DNA from: Escherichia coli
Lineage (GTDB): Bacteria; Pseudomonadota; Gammaproteobacteria; Enterobacterales; Enterobacteriaceae
DNA length: 64,000 nucleotides
Direction: 5' to 3' (one strand)
Assembly (NCBI RefSeq): GCF_003334815.1
Contig: NZ_QOWO01000015.1
The stretch's first letter is position 1. Each line of letters starts with the position of its first letter. This document shows positions 42,894 through 54,304 of this stretch, piece by piece. Under the pieces are notes generated by a model, which worked only from the letters and a program-made list of their open reading frames with translations, ran no database searches and had not been told where the DNA came from. A program made the position numbers and the translations under genes.

Positions 42894-42920
42894 TCAAGTC
42901 CGGCGGGTCGCTGCCGATAA
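42894..42920 (+). promoter_or_regulatory. Candidate sigma-28 class 3 promoter for flgKL
   Basis: GCCGATAA at 42913-42920 with a partial TAAAGTTT-like element (tcaagtcc) 11 nt upstream. Confidence 0.5.
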
Positions 42921-42953
42921 TACTCTGTAATTGAAGGCTTATAAGGAACCTCC

Positions 42954-44597
42954 ATGTCCAGCTTGATTAATAACGCCATGAGCGGACTGAACGCGGCCCA
43001 GGCGGCGTTAAATACGGCAAGTAATAATATCTCCAGCTATAACGTTGCCGGATATACCCGCCAAACCACTATTATGGCGCAGGCCAATAGCACGTTGGGC
43101 GCTGGCGGCTGGGTTGGCAATGGTGTCTACGTTTCTGGTGTGCAGCGTGAGTATGATGCGTTTATTACCAACCAGTTACGTGCGGCGCAGACGCAAAGTA
43201 GCGGTCTGACTGCCCGCTATGAGCAGATGTCGAAAATCGACAATATGCTCTCCACCAGTACCTCTTCGCTGGCAACACAGATGCAGGATTTCTTCACCAG
43301 CCTGCAAACGCTGGTGAGTAACGCGGAAGACCCGGCAGCGCGCCAGGCGCTGATTGGGAAATCAGAAGGATTGGTGAATCAGTTTAAAACCACCGATCAA
43401 TATCTGCGCGACCAGGACAAACAGGTCAATATCGCGATAGGTGCCAGCGTTGATCAGATCAACAACTACGCTAAACAAATTGCCAGCCTGAACGATCAAA
43501 TCTCGCGCCTGACAGGCGTGGGGGCAGGGGCGTCACCTAACAATCTGCTGGATCAACGCGATCAACTGGTGAGCGAATTAAACCAGATTGTTGGTGTAGA
43601 AGTCAGCGTTCAGGATGGCGGCACTTATAACATCACGATGGCCAATGGTTACTCACTGGTTCAGGGAAGTACGGCGCGGCAACTGGCGGCAGTTCCTTCC
43701 AGCGCTGACCCTTCTCGTACGACTGTCGCTTATGTTGATGGGACGGCAGGCAATATTGAGATCCCGGAGAAATTACTGAATACCGGGTCGCTGGGCGGCA
43801 TTCTGACATTCCGTTCTCAGGATCTGGACCAGACGCGTAATACGCTTGGACAACTGGCGCTGGCATTTGCCGAGGCTTTCAACACCCAACACAAAGCCGG
43901 ATTTGATGCTAACGGCGATGCCGGTGAAGATTTCTTTGCTATCGGTAAGCCCGCGGTTCTGCAAAACACGAAAAACAAAGGTGACGTTGCGATCGGTGCC
44001 ACGGTAACTGATGCCTCCGCGGTACTGGCGACAGATTACAAAATCTCGTTCGATAATAATCAGTGGCAGGTCACCCGCCTTGCCAGCAATACCACTTTTA
44101 CGGTGACGCCGGATGCCAACGGTAAAGTGGCATTTGATGGTCTGGAGTTGACGTTTACAGGAACGCCTGCCGTTAACGACAGCTTCACGCTGAAACCAGT
44201 AAGTGACGCCATCGTCAACATGGATGTATTAATCACCGACGAAGCGAAAATAGCGATGGCGAGCGAAGAAGATGCGGGTGATAGCGATAACCGCAACGGT
44301 CAGGCCCTGCTGGATCTGCAAAGCAACAGTAAAACGGTGGGCGGTGCGAAATCCTTTAACGACGCTTATGCCTCGTTAGTGAGTGATATCGGTAATAAAA
44401 CCGCGACGTTGAAAACCAGTAGCGCCACGCAAGGTAATGTGGTGACGCAGCTTTCCAATCAGCAGCAGTCGATTTCCGGTGTCAATCTCGATGAGGAGTA
44501 CGGAAATCTGCAACGTTTTCAGCAGTATTACCTGGCGAATGCGCAGGTTCTGCAGACGGCAAACGCGATTTTTGATGCGCTGATTAACATTCGCTAA
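42954..44597 (+). CDS. flgK: Flagellar hook-filament junction protein 1 FlgK, 547 aa
   Basis: Recognised translation. Confidence 0.95.
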   Translation: MSSLINNAMSGLNAAQAALNTASNNISSYNVAGYTRQTTIMAQANSTLGAGGWVGNGVYVSGVQREYDAFITNQLRAAQTQSSGLTARYEQMSKIDNMLSTSTSSLATQMQDFFTSLQTLVSNAEDPAARQALIGKSEGLVNQFKTTDQYLRDQDKQVNIAIGASVDQINNYAKQIASLNDQISRLTGVGAGASPNNLLDQRDQLVSELNQIVGVEVSVQDGGTYNITMANGYSLVQGSTARQLAAVPSSADPSRTTVAYVDGTAGNIEIPEKLLNTGSLGGILTFRSQDLDQTRNTLGQLALAFAEAFNTQHKAGFDANGDAGEDFFAIGKPAVLQNTKNKGDVAIGATVTDASAVLATDYKISFDNNQWQVTRLASNTTFTVTPDANGKVAFDGLELTFTGTPAVNDSFTLKPVSDAIVNMDVLITDEAKIAMASEEDAGDSDNRNGQALLDLQSNSKTVGGAKSFNDAYASLVSDIGNKTATLKTSSATQGNVVTQLSNQQQSISGVNLDEEYGNLQRFQQYYLANAQVLQTANAIFDALINIR

Positions 44598-44608
44598 GGG
44601 GAGATAAG

Positions 44609-45562
44609 ATGCGTTTCAGTACACAGATGATGTACCAGCAAAACATGCGTGGTATCACCAATTCTCAGGCAGAATGGATGAAGTACGGCGAACAGATGTC
44701 GACGGGTAAGCGAGTCGTTAACCCTTCTGACGATCCCATTGCTGCATCACAAGCCGTAGTTCTCTCCCAGGCACAGGCGCAAAACAGCCAGTACACGCTG
44801 GCGCGTACTTTCGCCACTCAAAAAGTGTCACTGGAAGAGAGTGTACTTAGCCAGGTCACCACTGCTATCCAGAATGCTCAGGAAAAAATTGTCTACGCCA
44901 GCAATGGCACCTTGAGTGACGATGACCGGGCCTCGCTGGCTACGGATATTCAGGGGCTTCGTGACCAGTTGCTGAATCTGGCAAACACCACTGACGGTAA
45001 CGGGCGCTACATTTTTGCCGGTTATAAAACAGAGACTGCGCCGTTTAGCGAAGAGAAAGGGAAATACGTCGGTGGAGCAGAAAGTATTAAACAACAGGTC
45101 GATGCTTCGCGTTCGATGGTGATAGGGCACACGGGTGACAAAATTTTCGACAGTATTACCAGCAACGCGGTAGCGGAACCAGACGGTAGCGCTTCTGAAA
45201 CCAATCTTTTTGCCATGCTGGATAGTGCCATCGCAGCCCTGAAAACGCCGGTCGCGGATAGCGAAGCGGATAAAGAAACCGCCGCTGCGGCGTTAGATAA
45301 AACCAACCGCGGACTGAAAAACTCGCTGAACAATGTGCTGACTGTTCGCGCGGAATTAGGCACGCAGCTGAACGAACTGGAGTCGCTGGATTCATTAGGT
45401 AGCGATCGCGCTTTAGGGCAAACGCAGCAGATGAGCGATCTGGTTGATGTGGACTGGAATGCAACTATTTCATCTTACATCATGCAGCAAACGGCATTGC
45501 AGGCATCGTATAAAGCATTTACCGATATGCAGGGATTGTCGCTCTTCCAGCTCAGCAAATAA
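44609..45562 (+). CDS. flgL: Flagellar hook-filament junction protein 3 FlgL, 317 aa
   Basis: Recognised translation. Confidence 0.95.
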   Translation: MRFSTQMMYQQNMRGITNSQAEWMKYGEQMSTGKRVVNPSDDPIAASQAVVLSQAQAQNSQYTLARTFATQKVSLEESVLSQVTTAIQNAQEKIVYASNGTLSDDDRASLATDIQGLRDQLLNLANTTDGNGRYIFAGYKTETAPFSEEKGKYVGGAESIKQQVDASRSMVIGHTGDKIFDSITSNAVAEPDGSASETNLFAMLDSAIAALKTPVADSEADKETAAAALDKTNRGLKNSLNNVLTVRAELGTQLNELESLDSLGSDRALGQTQQMSDLVDVDWNATISSYIMQQTALQASYKAFTDMQGLSLFQLSK

Positions 45563-45715
45563 TTTCGCTTTAAAACATATCATGAAACTGGGTATGTTTT
45601 GTCTGCCTGCTCTGGGATCGCTGGGGCGGGCATTTTTTTGCCTATTTTGCATTGTTGGTTAGCAAGGATGCCATTCGATGAATTTTAATATGTTGATTCA
45701 AAGATGAAATAAAAA

Positions 45716-45745
45716 AGCCCTGGCAGTTACCAGGGCTTGATTACT
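45716..45745 (-). terminator. Rho-independent terminator downstream of rne (hairpin shared by convergent flgL and rne)
   Basis: Hairpin gccctggcagttaccagggc flanked by an A-run on + (T-run on the minus strand). Confidence 0.65.
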
Positions 45746-45757
45746 TTGAGCTAATTA

Positions 45758-48700
45758 TTACTCAACAGGTTGCGGACGCGCAGGAGCGGCAGAGGCATGA
45801 TGTGTTGCCGTATGACCACCTGCGGCACCTTTACCTTCGAAGGCAAAAGTAGGGCGCTGCCAGTCACTGTGACGCGGTGCCTCCGGAACATATTCCGGTG
45901 CTGGAGCGCGCGTCATTGGCGCGGTAGCGTGGTTATGCTCAACGGTGACCTCAGGTTCGACCGCAGCTACCGTTTCAACTTCTGCTGCGACTTCAGCGAC
46001 TACTGGCGCGGCAGGTTGAGCAACAACTTCAGGTTCAGCAACTACAACCTCAGCAGTTTCGACAACTTCTTCAATATCTGCCGTCTCTTCCTGCGGTTCA
46101 ACCACCGGTTCTGCTTGTTCTGCAACTTCCTGGGCTACGGCAACATCAGACTCGGTAATCACCTGCGGCTGTTCAGTTACCGCGGCAGCGATCACTTCAG
46201 GATGCGTCGTTTCAACCACTTCCGGTTGCGGTTCGGCAACCTGAACGGGGGCTTCTACGACACCGGCCACTTCTTCAACAACTGGCGCGCTAACAACCGG
46301 TTCGATAGCGGCGGCGACAGGGACCTCAGTCACCATCGGCTGCACATGTACTTCTTCCTGTTCGCGCTGCTCTTCAACCTGTACATCTTGCGGACGTACA
46401 ATTGGATAGCGGATCCAGACTTTGCCAGAGGCCAGTTCCGGAGACGCGCACGCTACGGTCAACGGCATTGGCGACTGGGTTGGATAACGCTCGTCACGAT
46501 AGCGACGACGACGCTGACCACTTACGCGCAGGTGACGAGGCGAGCGGCGAGAACGACGCGGCATGCCACCGTTGTCACGGTTATCAGCATTGTTCTCTTC
46601 TTGCTGTTCTGGTGCAGTTTGCGCTACGACTGGCAGCGGGACTTTCACCAGTTCTGTGCGTGGAGCTGGCGCTTCCTGAACAATTGGTTCGGCAGCGACA
46701 GTTTCTTCAACCACCGGTGCGACTACCGCTTCTTCGGCTACGCTTTGCTCGTAACGCACTTTCTGATTGAGCTGACGCTGTTTACGACGCGGCTGAACCG
46801 GACGTACACGTTCTTCCTGTTCGGTTTCCTGAACAGATTGCTCTTCAACATTCAGCGCCTTCGCTTCTTGTTGCGCCTGACGTTTATCATCATTACGGCG
46901 GCGGCTACGTTCACGACGCGGCGCTTGCTGCTCGTCGGCGGTACGCGCTTTTTCCGTTACCTCAGCCTGCTGACGGCTCTCACGCGTCTCGGCAGTCTGC
47001 TGCTGTGCCTGGCGACGATTACGACGGTTTTCTTCGCGATTATCGCTGCCTTCAGTACGTTCACTACGGGTGTCGCGGCGCTCATTACGGTCACGGCGGT
47101 TGTTCTGACGAGGCTTGCGACGATCCTGTTGACGTTCCGGTTTCGCTTCTGCTTTCGGTGCTGGTTGCTCGGTCGGTTTGGTTTCTTCACCACCGCTGAA
47201 CAGCGCTTTCAGTGCGCCGAAGAAGCGGCTCAACAGCCCAGGTTGTGCAGGAGCTGCTGGTGTTGCCGGTGCAGCTTTCGGTGCTGGAGCTACAACAGGC
47301 GCGGCAGGTTCAGCTGGCGTTGGCGCAGGCGGCACATCCGGCATGGCAAAGGTTGCCAGCGCAGGTTGTTCCGGACGCTTACGTTCAGCGAACTCTTCTT
47401 CAGACGGCAGCGCCATCGCTTCTTCATGCAGCTTCGGCAGCATGTAGCTTAAGGTTGGGGTTTCTTCCCCTTTACGCACGCGCAGCACGTGGTAGTGCGG
47501 GGTTTCCATCTGATCGTTTGGCACAATTACACAGCGCACACCGTCCTGACGAGTTTCAATGGCATTTACCGCAGAACGTTTTTCATTCAGCAGGTAAGAA
47601 GCGATTGGCACAGGAACAATGGCGTGAACTTCCTGGGTGTTCTCTTTCAGCGCTTCTTCTTCGATCAGACGCAGAATAGAGAGCGACAGCGATTCGTTGT
47701 CACGCACGGTGCCAGTACCAGAACAACGCGGACAAACGTGATGACTGGATTCACCCAGTGATGGGCTCAGGCGCTGACGGGACATTTCCAGCAGGCCAAA
47801 GCGAGAAATATGGCTGATTTGAATACGCGCACGGTCCTGACGCACCGCTTCACGCAGACGGTTTTCTACCGCACGCTGGTGGCGTACTGGCGTCATGTCG
47901 ATGAAGTCGATAACAATCAGGCCGCCGAGGTCACGCAGGCGCAGCTGACGAGCAATCTCATCGGCAGCTTCGAGGTTAGTGTTAAACGCGGTTTCTTCGA
48001 TATCGCCGCCGCGGGTCGCGCGTGCGGAGTTGATGTCGATGGCCGTTAACGCTTCGGTGCTGTCGATAACAATGGAACCACCAGACGGCAGACGAACTTC
48101 ACGCTGGAAGGCGGACTCGATCTGTGACTCGATCTGGTAGTGGCTGAACAGCGGGATCTCGCCGGTGTACAGTTTGATTTTGCTGCTGAAATCCGGGCGA
48201 CCTAATGCAGCGATATGCTGACGTGCCAGTTCGAGCACTTTCGGGTTATCGATAAGGATTTCGCCGATGTCCTGACGTAAGTAATCGCGGAATGCGCGAA
48301 CGATTACGTTGCTCTCCTGATGAATCAGGAACGGGGCCGGGCGGCTTTCAGCGGCTTTTTTGATGGCTTCCCAGTGTTTCAGACGGAAGCTTAAATCCCA
48401 TTGCAGCGCCTCAGCAGATTTGCCGACGCCAGCGGTGCGCACGATAAGCCCCATGCCTTCCGGCAGTTCAAGGCTTGCCAGTGCTTCTTTTAATTCGGTA
48501 CGGTCGTCGCCTTCGATACGGCGAGAAATGCCACCCGCGCGCGGGTTGTTCGGCATCAGAACCAGATAGCTACCCGCCAGACTGATAAAGGTGGTTAATG
48601 CCGCGCCTTTGTTGCCGCGCTCTTCTTTATCGATCTGAACAATGACTTCCTGACCTTCACGCAACACATCTTTAATGTTGGGACGACCATGAGCACTGTA

Positions 48701-48943
48701 GTTAGCAGGGAAATATTCGCGGGCAATTTCTTTTAGTGGGAGGAAACCGTGACGTTCAGCGCCGTAATCAACAAAAGCAGCTTCCAGACTCGGTTCAATG
48801 CGGGTGATTTTACCTTTGTAGATGTTTGCCTTTTTCTGCTCGTGCCCTGGACTTTCGATATCCAGGTCATACAGACGCTGCCCATCTACAAGGGCAACGC
48901 GCAACTCTTCCTGCTGAGTTGCGTTGATTAACATTCTTTTCAT
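45758..48943 (-). CDS. rne: Ribonuclease E, 1061 aa: N-terminal catalytic half plus Arg/Pro/Glu-rich low-complexity degradosome scaffold
   Basis: Translation [61 protein letters not shown]...; length 1061. Confidence 0.97.
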   Translation of the reverse strand: MKRMLINATQQEELRVALVDGQRLYDLDIESPGHEQKKANIYKGKITRIEPSLEAAFVDYGAERHGFLPLKEIAREYFPANYSAHGRPNIKDVLREGQEVIVQIDKEERGNKGAALTTFISLAGSYLVLMPNNPRAGGISRRIEGDDRTELKEALASLELPEGMGLIVRTAGVGKSAEALQWDLSFRLKHWEAIKKAAESRPAPFLIHQESNVIVRAFRDYLRQDIGEILIDNPKVLELARQHIAALGRPDFSSKIKLYTGEIPLFSHYQIESQIESAFQREVRLPSGGSIVIDSTEALTAIDINSARATRGGDIEETAFNTNLEAADEIARQLRLRDLGGLIVIDFIDMTPVRHQRAVENRLREAVRQDRARIQISHISRFGLLEMSRQRLSPSLGESSHHVCPRCSGTGTVRDNESLSLSILRLIEEEALKENTQEVHAIVPVPIASYLLNEKRSAVNAIETRQDGVRCVIVPNDQMETPHYHVLRVRKGEETPTLSYMLPKLHEEAMALPSEEEFAERKRPEQPALATFAMPDVPPAPTPAEPAAPVVAPAPKAAPATPAAPAQPGLLSRFFGALKALFSGGEETKPTEQPAPKAEAKPERQQDRRKPRQNNRRDRNERRDTRSERTEGSDNREENRRNRRQAQQQTAETRESRQQAEVTEKARTADEQQAPRRERSRRRNDDKRQAQQEAKALNVEEQSVQETEQEERVRPVQPRRKQRQLNQKVRYEQSVAEEAVVAPVVEETVAAEPIVQEAPAPRTELVKVPLPVVAQTAPEQQEENNADNRDNGGMPRRSRRSPRHLRVSGQRRRRYRDERYPTQSPMPLTVACASPELASGKVWIRYPIVRPQDVQVEEQREQEEVHVQPMVTEVPVAAAIEPVVSAPVVEEVAGVVEAPVQVAEPQPEVVETTHPEVIAAAVTEQPQVITESDVAVAQEVAEQAEPVVEPQEETADIEEVVETAEVVVAEPEVVAQPAAPVVAEVAAEVETVAAVEPEVTVEHNHATAPMTRAPAPEYVPEAPRHSDWQRPTFAFEGKGAAGGHTATHHASAAPARPQPVE

Positions 48944-49304
48944 CGTAACTTACTCATTATTCTTACATTGACGACTAAGCTGCGGGCAAAGTAACGCCTT
49001 TCCGGGTGTGAACCGATGGCCTCGTGTCTAGTCGCGTCGCCAACCTCACGGTTATCGTCAGCTCAAAGAGGCGCAGAGTGTCGGTTGCCCGTTTTTCATG
49101 CGGAAAAACAGCGCAATTATCAAAGAAACAGACTGGGTATTACTCTCCAGAAATATTTCCATCTACCGGTAAGGACTGCAACCCGCAGCCCGCTAACTGC
49201 CTGAAAGATCAATACGTCTTACGCCATTGCTGCGTGGATGATCGGTCGGGCAAAATGGGTTATTCCGTAAAATTTCTTGTTTTAACAAGGATGGACACGG
49301 AAAC
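48944..49304 (-). promoter_or_regulatory. Long rne 5' untranslated leader (autoregulatory)
   Basis: Non-coding region upstream of the rne ATG; extent taken from the known 361-nt leader, not determined from the sequence. Confidence 0.55.
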
Positions 49305-49398
49305 GGCCTCATTATTCCACTGCAAGCCTTGTTATAGCAAGATGACTTTTACCATTTATCACCCGCTTACTCACAGTTTTTTCACTTCTTGCTGGTGA
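49024..49398 (+). CDS. yceQ: Doubtful ORF antisense to the rne leader (corresponds to the annotated hypothetical yceQ)
   Basis: 124-aa ORF with no recognisable domain and no convincing RBS; likely non-coding. Confidence 0.2.
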   Translation: MSSRVANLTVIVSSKRRRVSVARFSCGKTAQLSKKQTGYYSPEIFPSTGKDCNPQPANCLKDQYVLRHCCVDDRSGKMGYSVKFLVLTRMDTETASLFHCKPCYSKMTFTIYHPLTHSFFTSCW

Positions 49399-49515
49399 TT
49401 GGTTTAATAACCATCAATAAAGTGATCACGCAGTGAAGTAATAAGGTGCAAAAGTAAATATAAGCATAGAAAAATGAGTGGCGCGAATCCTGTTGGCTAA
49501 TTAGAATCGCCAACC

Positions 49516-50475
49516 ATGAAAACAGAGACTCCATCCGTAAAAATTGTTGCTATCACCGCTGACGAAGCGGGGCAACGTATCGATAACTTTTTGCGTACCC
49601 AATTGAAAGGCGTACCAAAAAGTATGATTTACCGTATTTTGCGTAAAGGCGAAGTGCGGGTGAACAAAAAACGTATTAAGCCTGAATATAAACTCGAAGC
49701 GGGTGATGAGGTGCGTATTCCACCGGTTCGCGTTGCTGAGCGGGAAGAAGAGGCGGTTTCGCCACATCTGCAAAAGGTGGCGGCGCTGGCGGACGTCATC
49801 TTATATGAAGATGATCACATCCTGGTGCTGAATAAACCTTCCGGTACGGCGGTACATGGCGGCAGTGGTTTAAGCTTCGGCGTTATTGAAGGTTTGCGGG
49901 CGTTGCGCCCGGAAGCGCGGTTCCTTGAACTGGTTCATCGTCTTGACCGGGACACCTCAGGTGTTTTGCTGGTAGCGAAAAAACGCTCGGCGTTGCGTTC
50001 TCTGCATGAGCAATTACGTGAAAAAGGGATGCAAAAAGATTACCTGGCGCTGGTGCGCGGTCAGTGGCAGTCGCATGTGAAGAGCGTTCAAGCACCGTTA
50101 CTGAAAAATATTCTGCAAAGCGGCGAACGTATCGTGCGTGTGAGTCAGGAAGGCAAACCGTCGGAAACACGCTTTAAAGTGGAAGAACGCTATGCATTTG
50201 CCACCCTGGTGCGTTGTAGCCCGGTAACAGGGCGTACTCACCAGATCCGTGTGCATACACAATATGCGGGTCATCCGATTGCCTTTGACGATCGCTACGG
50301 TGACCGTGAATTTGACAGGCAGCTCACTGAAGCAGGCACGGGATTAAATCGCCTGTTCCTGCACGCTGCAGCGTTGAAGTTTACTCATCCGGGGACCGGT
50401 GAGGTGATGCGTATCGAAGCTCCGATGGATGAAGGTTTGAAGCGTTGTTTGCAAAAGCTGCGTAACGCGCGCTAA
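49516..50475 (+). CDS. rluC: 23S rRNA pseudouridine(955/2504/2580) synthase RluC, 319 aa
   Basis: Recognised translation with S4 domain and RluA-family catalytic motif HRLDRDTSG. Confidence 0.95.
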   Translation: MKTETPSVKIVAITADEAGQRIDNFLRTQLKGVPKSMIYRILRKGEVRVNKKRIKPEYKLEAGDEVRIPPVRVAEREEEAVSPHLQKVAALADVILYEDDHILVLNKPSGTAVHGGSGLSFGVIEGLRALRPEARFLELVHRLDRDTSGVLLVAKKRSALRSLHEQLREKGMQKDYLALVRGQWQSHVKSVQAPLLKNILQSGERIVRVSQEGKPSETRFKVEERYAFATLVRCSPVTGRTHQIRVHTQYAGHPIAFDDRYGDREFDRQLTEAGTGLNRLFLHAAALKFTHPGTGEVMRIEAPMDEGLKRCLQKLRNAR

Positions 50476-50506
50476 TACAAGCATATAAACCTGATAATGG
50501 GCGGTT

Positions 50507-50578
50507 GGCCTGATAAGGCGTTTACGCCGCATCAGGCCGCCAGCACCGATTGCCGGATGCGACGTAACCACATCCGGC
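50507..50578. repeat. BIME: REP palindrome plus second inverted REP-like hairpin downstream of rluC
   Basis: ggcctgataaggcgtttacgccgcatcaggcc ... gccggatgcgacgtaaccacatccggc. Confidence 0.8.
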
Positions 50579-50586
50579 GCAAAAAA

Positions 50587-51172
50587 CTATCCCATCAGCG
50601 GGTTTTTCCCTTCCCGACGTAACATCTGACACAGCGCGATTAGCGGTAAACCAACCAGCGTGTTAGGATCACGCCCCTCTAAACGCTCAAACAGCGTAAT
50701 GCCAAATCCTTCACTCTTAAAGCTACCCGCGCAGTGCAGGGGATGCTCTTTACGCACGTAATTATCAATCTCCGCCTCGCTCAGGTGACGGAAATGGACG
50801 TCAAAAGGCTCCACTTCTGTTTGCAGATGCCCATTCGCCGAATTAAACAACGCCAGTCCAGTAATAGAAGGTGACGATATTGCCGCTGGCTTTGCGTAAT
50901 TGCAGACGGGCATTTTCTTCCGTTAACGGTTTACCGGTGATTTCGCCATCAAGAACACATACCTGGTCTGAACCAATAATTAAATGATCCGGATAACGTG
51001 ACGCCAGAGATTGCGCTTTTTCTTGTGCCAGTCGAAGCACCAACTGTCGCGGTGATTCGTCGCTGCGTGGGGTTTCGTCGACCTCTGGTGCTGCACATTC
51101 AAAAGAGATTTGTAGTTTTTCCAGAAGAGCGCGACGCCATGGCGAGGTGGAGGCTAAAATAAGTTTAGGCAT
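50587..51172 (-). pseudogene. yceF: Maf-family nucleotide pyrophosphatase yceF interrupted by an apparent +1 frameshift (586 bp instead of 585)
   Basis: Two overlapping minus-strand ORFs (50843-51211 and 50587-50913) in different frames together span one Maf-like protein; the frame switches at ttctattactgg near 50861-50866. Confidence 0.75.
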
Positions 51173-51179
51173 ATTTTTT

Positions 51180-51330
51180 TCCATCAGATATAGCGTATTG
51201 ATGATAGCCATTTTAAACTATGCGCTTCGTTTTGCAGGTTGATGTTTGTTATCAGCACTGAACGAAAATAAAGCAGTAACCCGCAATGTGTGCGAATTAT
51301 TGGCAAAAGGCAACCACAGGCTGCCTTTTT
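51180..51330 (+). ncRNA. sraB: Candidate SraB small RNA in the yceF-yceD intergenic region; boundaries approximate
   Basis: 198-bp non-coding gap; terminator-like aggctgcctttttc at about 51315-51330; identity rests on the known location of sraB, not on a structure I could verify. Confidence 0.3.
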
Positions 51331-51332
51331 CT

Positions 51333-51892
<560 letters not shown>

Positions 51893-51931
51893 TTGGTGCT
51901 CCCCGTTGGATCGGGGATAAACCGTAATTGA

Positions 51932-52117
<186 letters not shown>

Positions 52118-52197
52118 TCACGCATCTGCGTGATGAAGCTTAGTGAGGATTTTCCCCAGGCAACTGGGGAAAGACCAAACCGGGCGGCGACGATACC

Positions 52198-53268
52198 TTG
52201 ACACGTCTAACCCTGGCGTTAGATGTCATGGGAGGGGATTTTGGCCCTTCCGTGACAGTGCCTGCAGCATTGCAGGCACTGAATTCTAATTCGCAACTCA
52301 CTCTTCTTTTAGTCGGCAATCCCGACGCCATCACGCCATTACTTGCTAAAGCTGACTTTGAACAACGTTCGCGTCTGCAGATTATTCCTGCGCAGTCAGT
52401 TATCGCCAGTGATGCCCGGCCTTCGCAAGCTATCCGCGCCAGTCGTGGGAGTTCAATGCGCGTGGCCCTGGAGCTGGTGAAAGAAGGTCGAGCGCAAGCC
52501 TGTGTCAGTGCCGGTAATACCGGGGCGCTGATGGGGCTGGCAAAATTATTACTCAAGCCCCTGGAGGGGATTGAGCGTCCGGCGCTGGTGACGGTATTAC
52601 CACATCAGCAAAAGGGCAAAACGGTGGTCCTTGACTTAGGGGCCAACGTCGATTGTGACAGCACAATGCTGGTGCAATTTGCCATTATGGGCTCAGTTCT
52701 GGCTGAAGAGGTGGTGGAAATTCCCAATCCTCGCGTGGCGTTGCTCAATATTGGTGAAGAAGAAGTAAAGGGTCTCGACAGTATTCGGGATGCCTCAGCG
52801 GTGCTTAAAACAATCCCTTCTATCAATTATATCGGCTATCTTGAAGCCAATGAGTTGTTAACTGGCAAGACAGATGTGCTGGTTTGTGACGGCTTTACAG
52901 GAAATGTCACATTAAAGACGATGGAAGGTGTTGTCAGGATGTTCCTTTCTCTGCTGAAATCTCAGGGTGAAGGGAAAAAACGGTCGTGGTGGCTACTGTT
53001 ATTAAAGCGTTGGCTACAAAAGAGCCTGACGAGGCGATTCAGTCACCTCAACCCCGACCAGTATAACGGCGCCTGTCTGTTAGGATTGCGCGGCACGGTG
53101 ATAAAAAGTCATGGTGCAGCCAATCAGCGAGCTTTTGCGGTCGCGATTGAACAGGCAGTGCAGGCGGTGCAGCGACAAGTTCCTCAGCGAATTGCCGCTC
53201 GCCTGGAATCTGTATACCCAGCTGGTTTTGAGCTGCTGGACGGTGGCAAAAGCGGAACTCTGCGGTAG
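52198..53268 (+). CDS. plsX: Phosphate acyltransferase PlsX, 356 aa
   Basis: Recognised translation; position upstream of fabH. Confidence 0.93.
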
Positions 53269-53335
53269 CAGGACGCTGCCAGCGAACTCGCAGTTTGCAA
53301 GTGACGGTATATAACCGAAAAGTGACTGAGCGTAC

Positions 53336-54289
53336 ATGTATACGAAGATTATTGGTACTGGCAGCTATCTGCCCGAACAAGTGCGGACAAACGCCGATTT
53401 GGAAAAAATGGTGGACACCTCTGACGAGTGGATTGTCACTCGTACCGGTATCCGCGAACGCCACATTGCCGCGCCAAACGAAACCGTTTCAACCATGGGC
53501 TTTGAAGCGGCGACACGCGCAATTGAGATGGCGGGCATTGAGAAAGACCAGATTGGCCTGATCGTTGTGGCAACGACTTCTGCTACGCACGCTTTCCCGA
53601 GCGCAGCTTGTCAGATTCAAAGCATGTTGGGCATTAAAGGTTGCCCGGCATTTGACGTTGCAGCAGCCTGCGCAGGTTTCACCTATGCATTAAGCGTAGC
53701 CGATCAATACGTGAAATCTGGGGCGGTGAAGTATGCTCTGGTCGTCGGTTCCGATGTACTGGCGCGCACCTGCGATCCAACCGATCGTGGGACTATTATT
53801 ATTTTTGGCGATGGCGCGGGCGCTGCGGTGCTGGCTGCCTCTGAAGAGCCGGGAATCATTTCCACCCATCTGCATGCCGACGGTAGTTATGGTGAATTGC
53901 TGACGCTGCCAAACGCCGACCGCGTGAATCCAGAGAATTCAATTCATCTGACGATGGCGGGCAACGAAGTCTTCAAGGTTGCGGTAACGGAACTGGCGCA
54001 CATCGTTGATGAGACGCTGGCGGCGAATAATCTTGACCGTTCTCAACTGGACTGGCTGGTTCCGCATCAGGCTAACCTGCGTATTATCAGTGCAACGGCG
54101 AAAAAACTCGGTATGTCTATGGATAATGTCGTGGTGACGCTGGATCGCCACGGTAATACCTCTGCGGCCTCTGTCCCGTGCGCGCTGGATGAAGCTGTAC
54201 GCGACGGGCGCATTAAGCCGGGGCAGTTGGTTCTGCTTGAAGCCTTTGGCGGTGGATTCACCTGGGGCTCCGCGCTGGTTCGTTTCTAG
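53336..54289 (+). CDS. fabH: 3-oxoacyl-ACP synthase III FabH, 317 aa
   Basis: Translation [45 protein letters not shown]... Confidence 0.97.
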
Positions 54290-54304
54290 GATAAGGATTA
54301 AAAC

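Noticed and set aside
45770-47452. 560-aa plus-strand ORF (and other long ORFs 46402-47761) overlapping rne
   Set aside because: Antisense to the compositionally biased RNase E scaffold region; the low-complexity translation is an artefact of the rne coding strand bias
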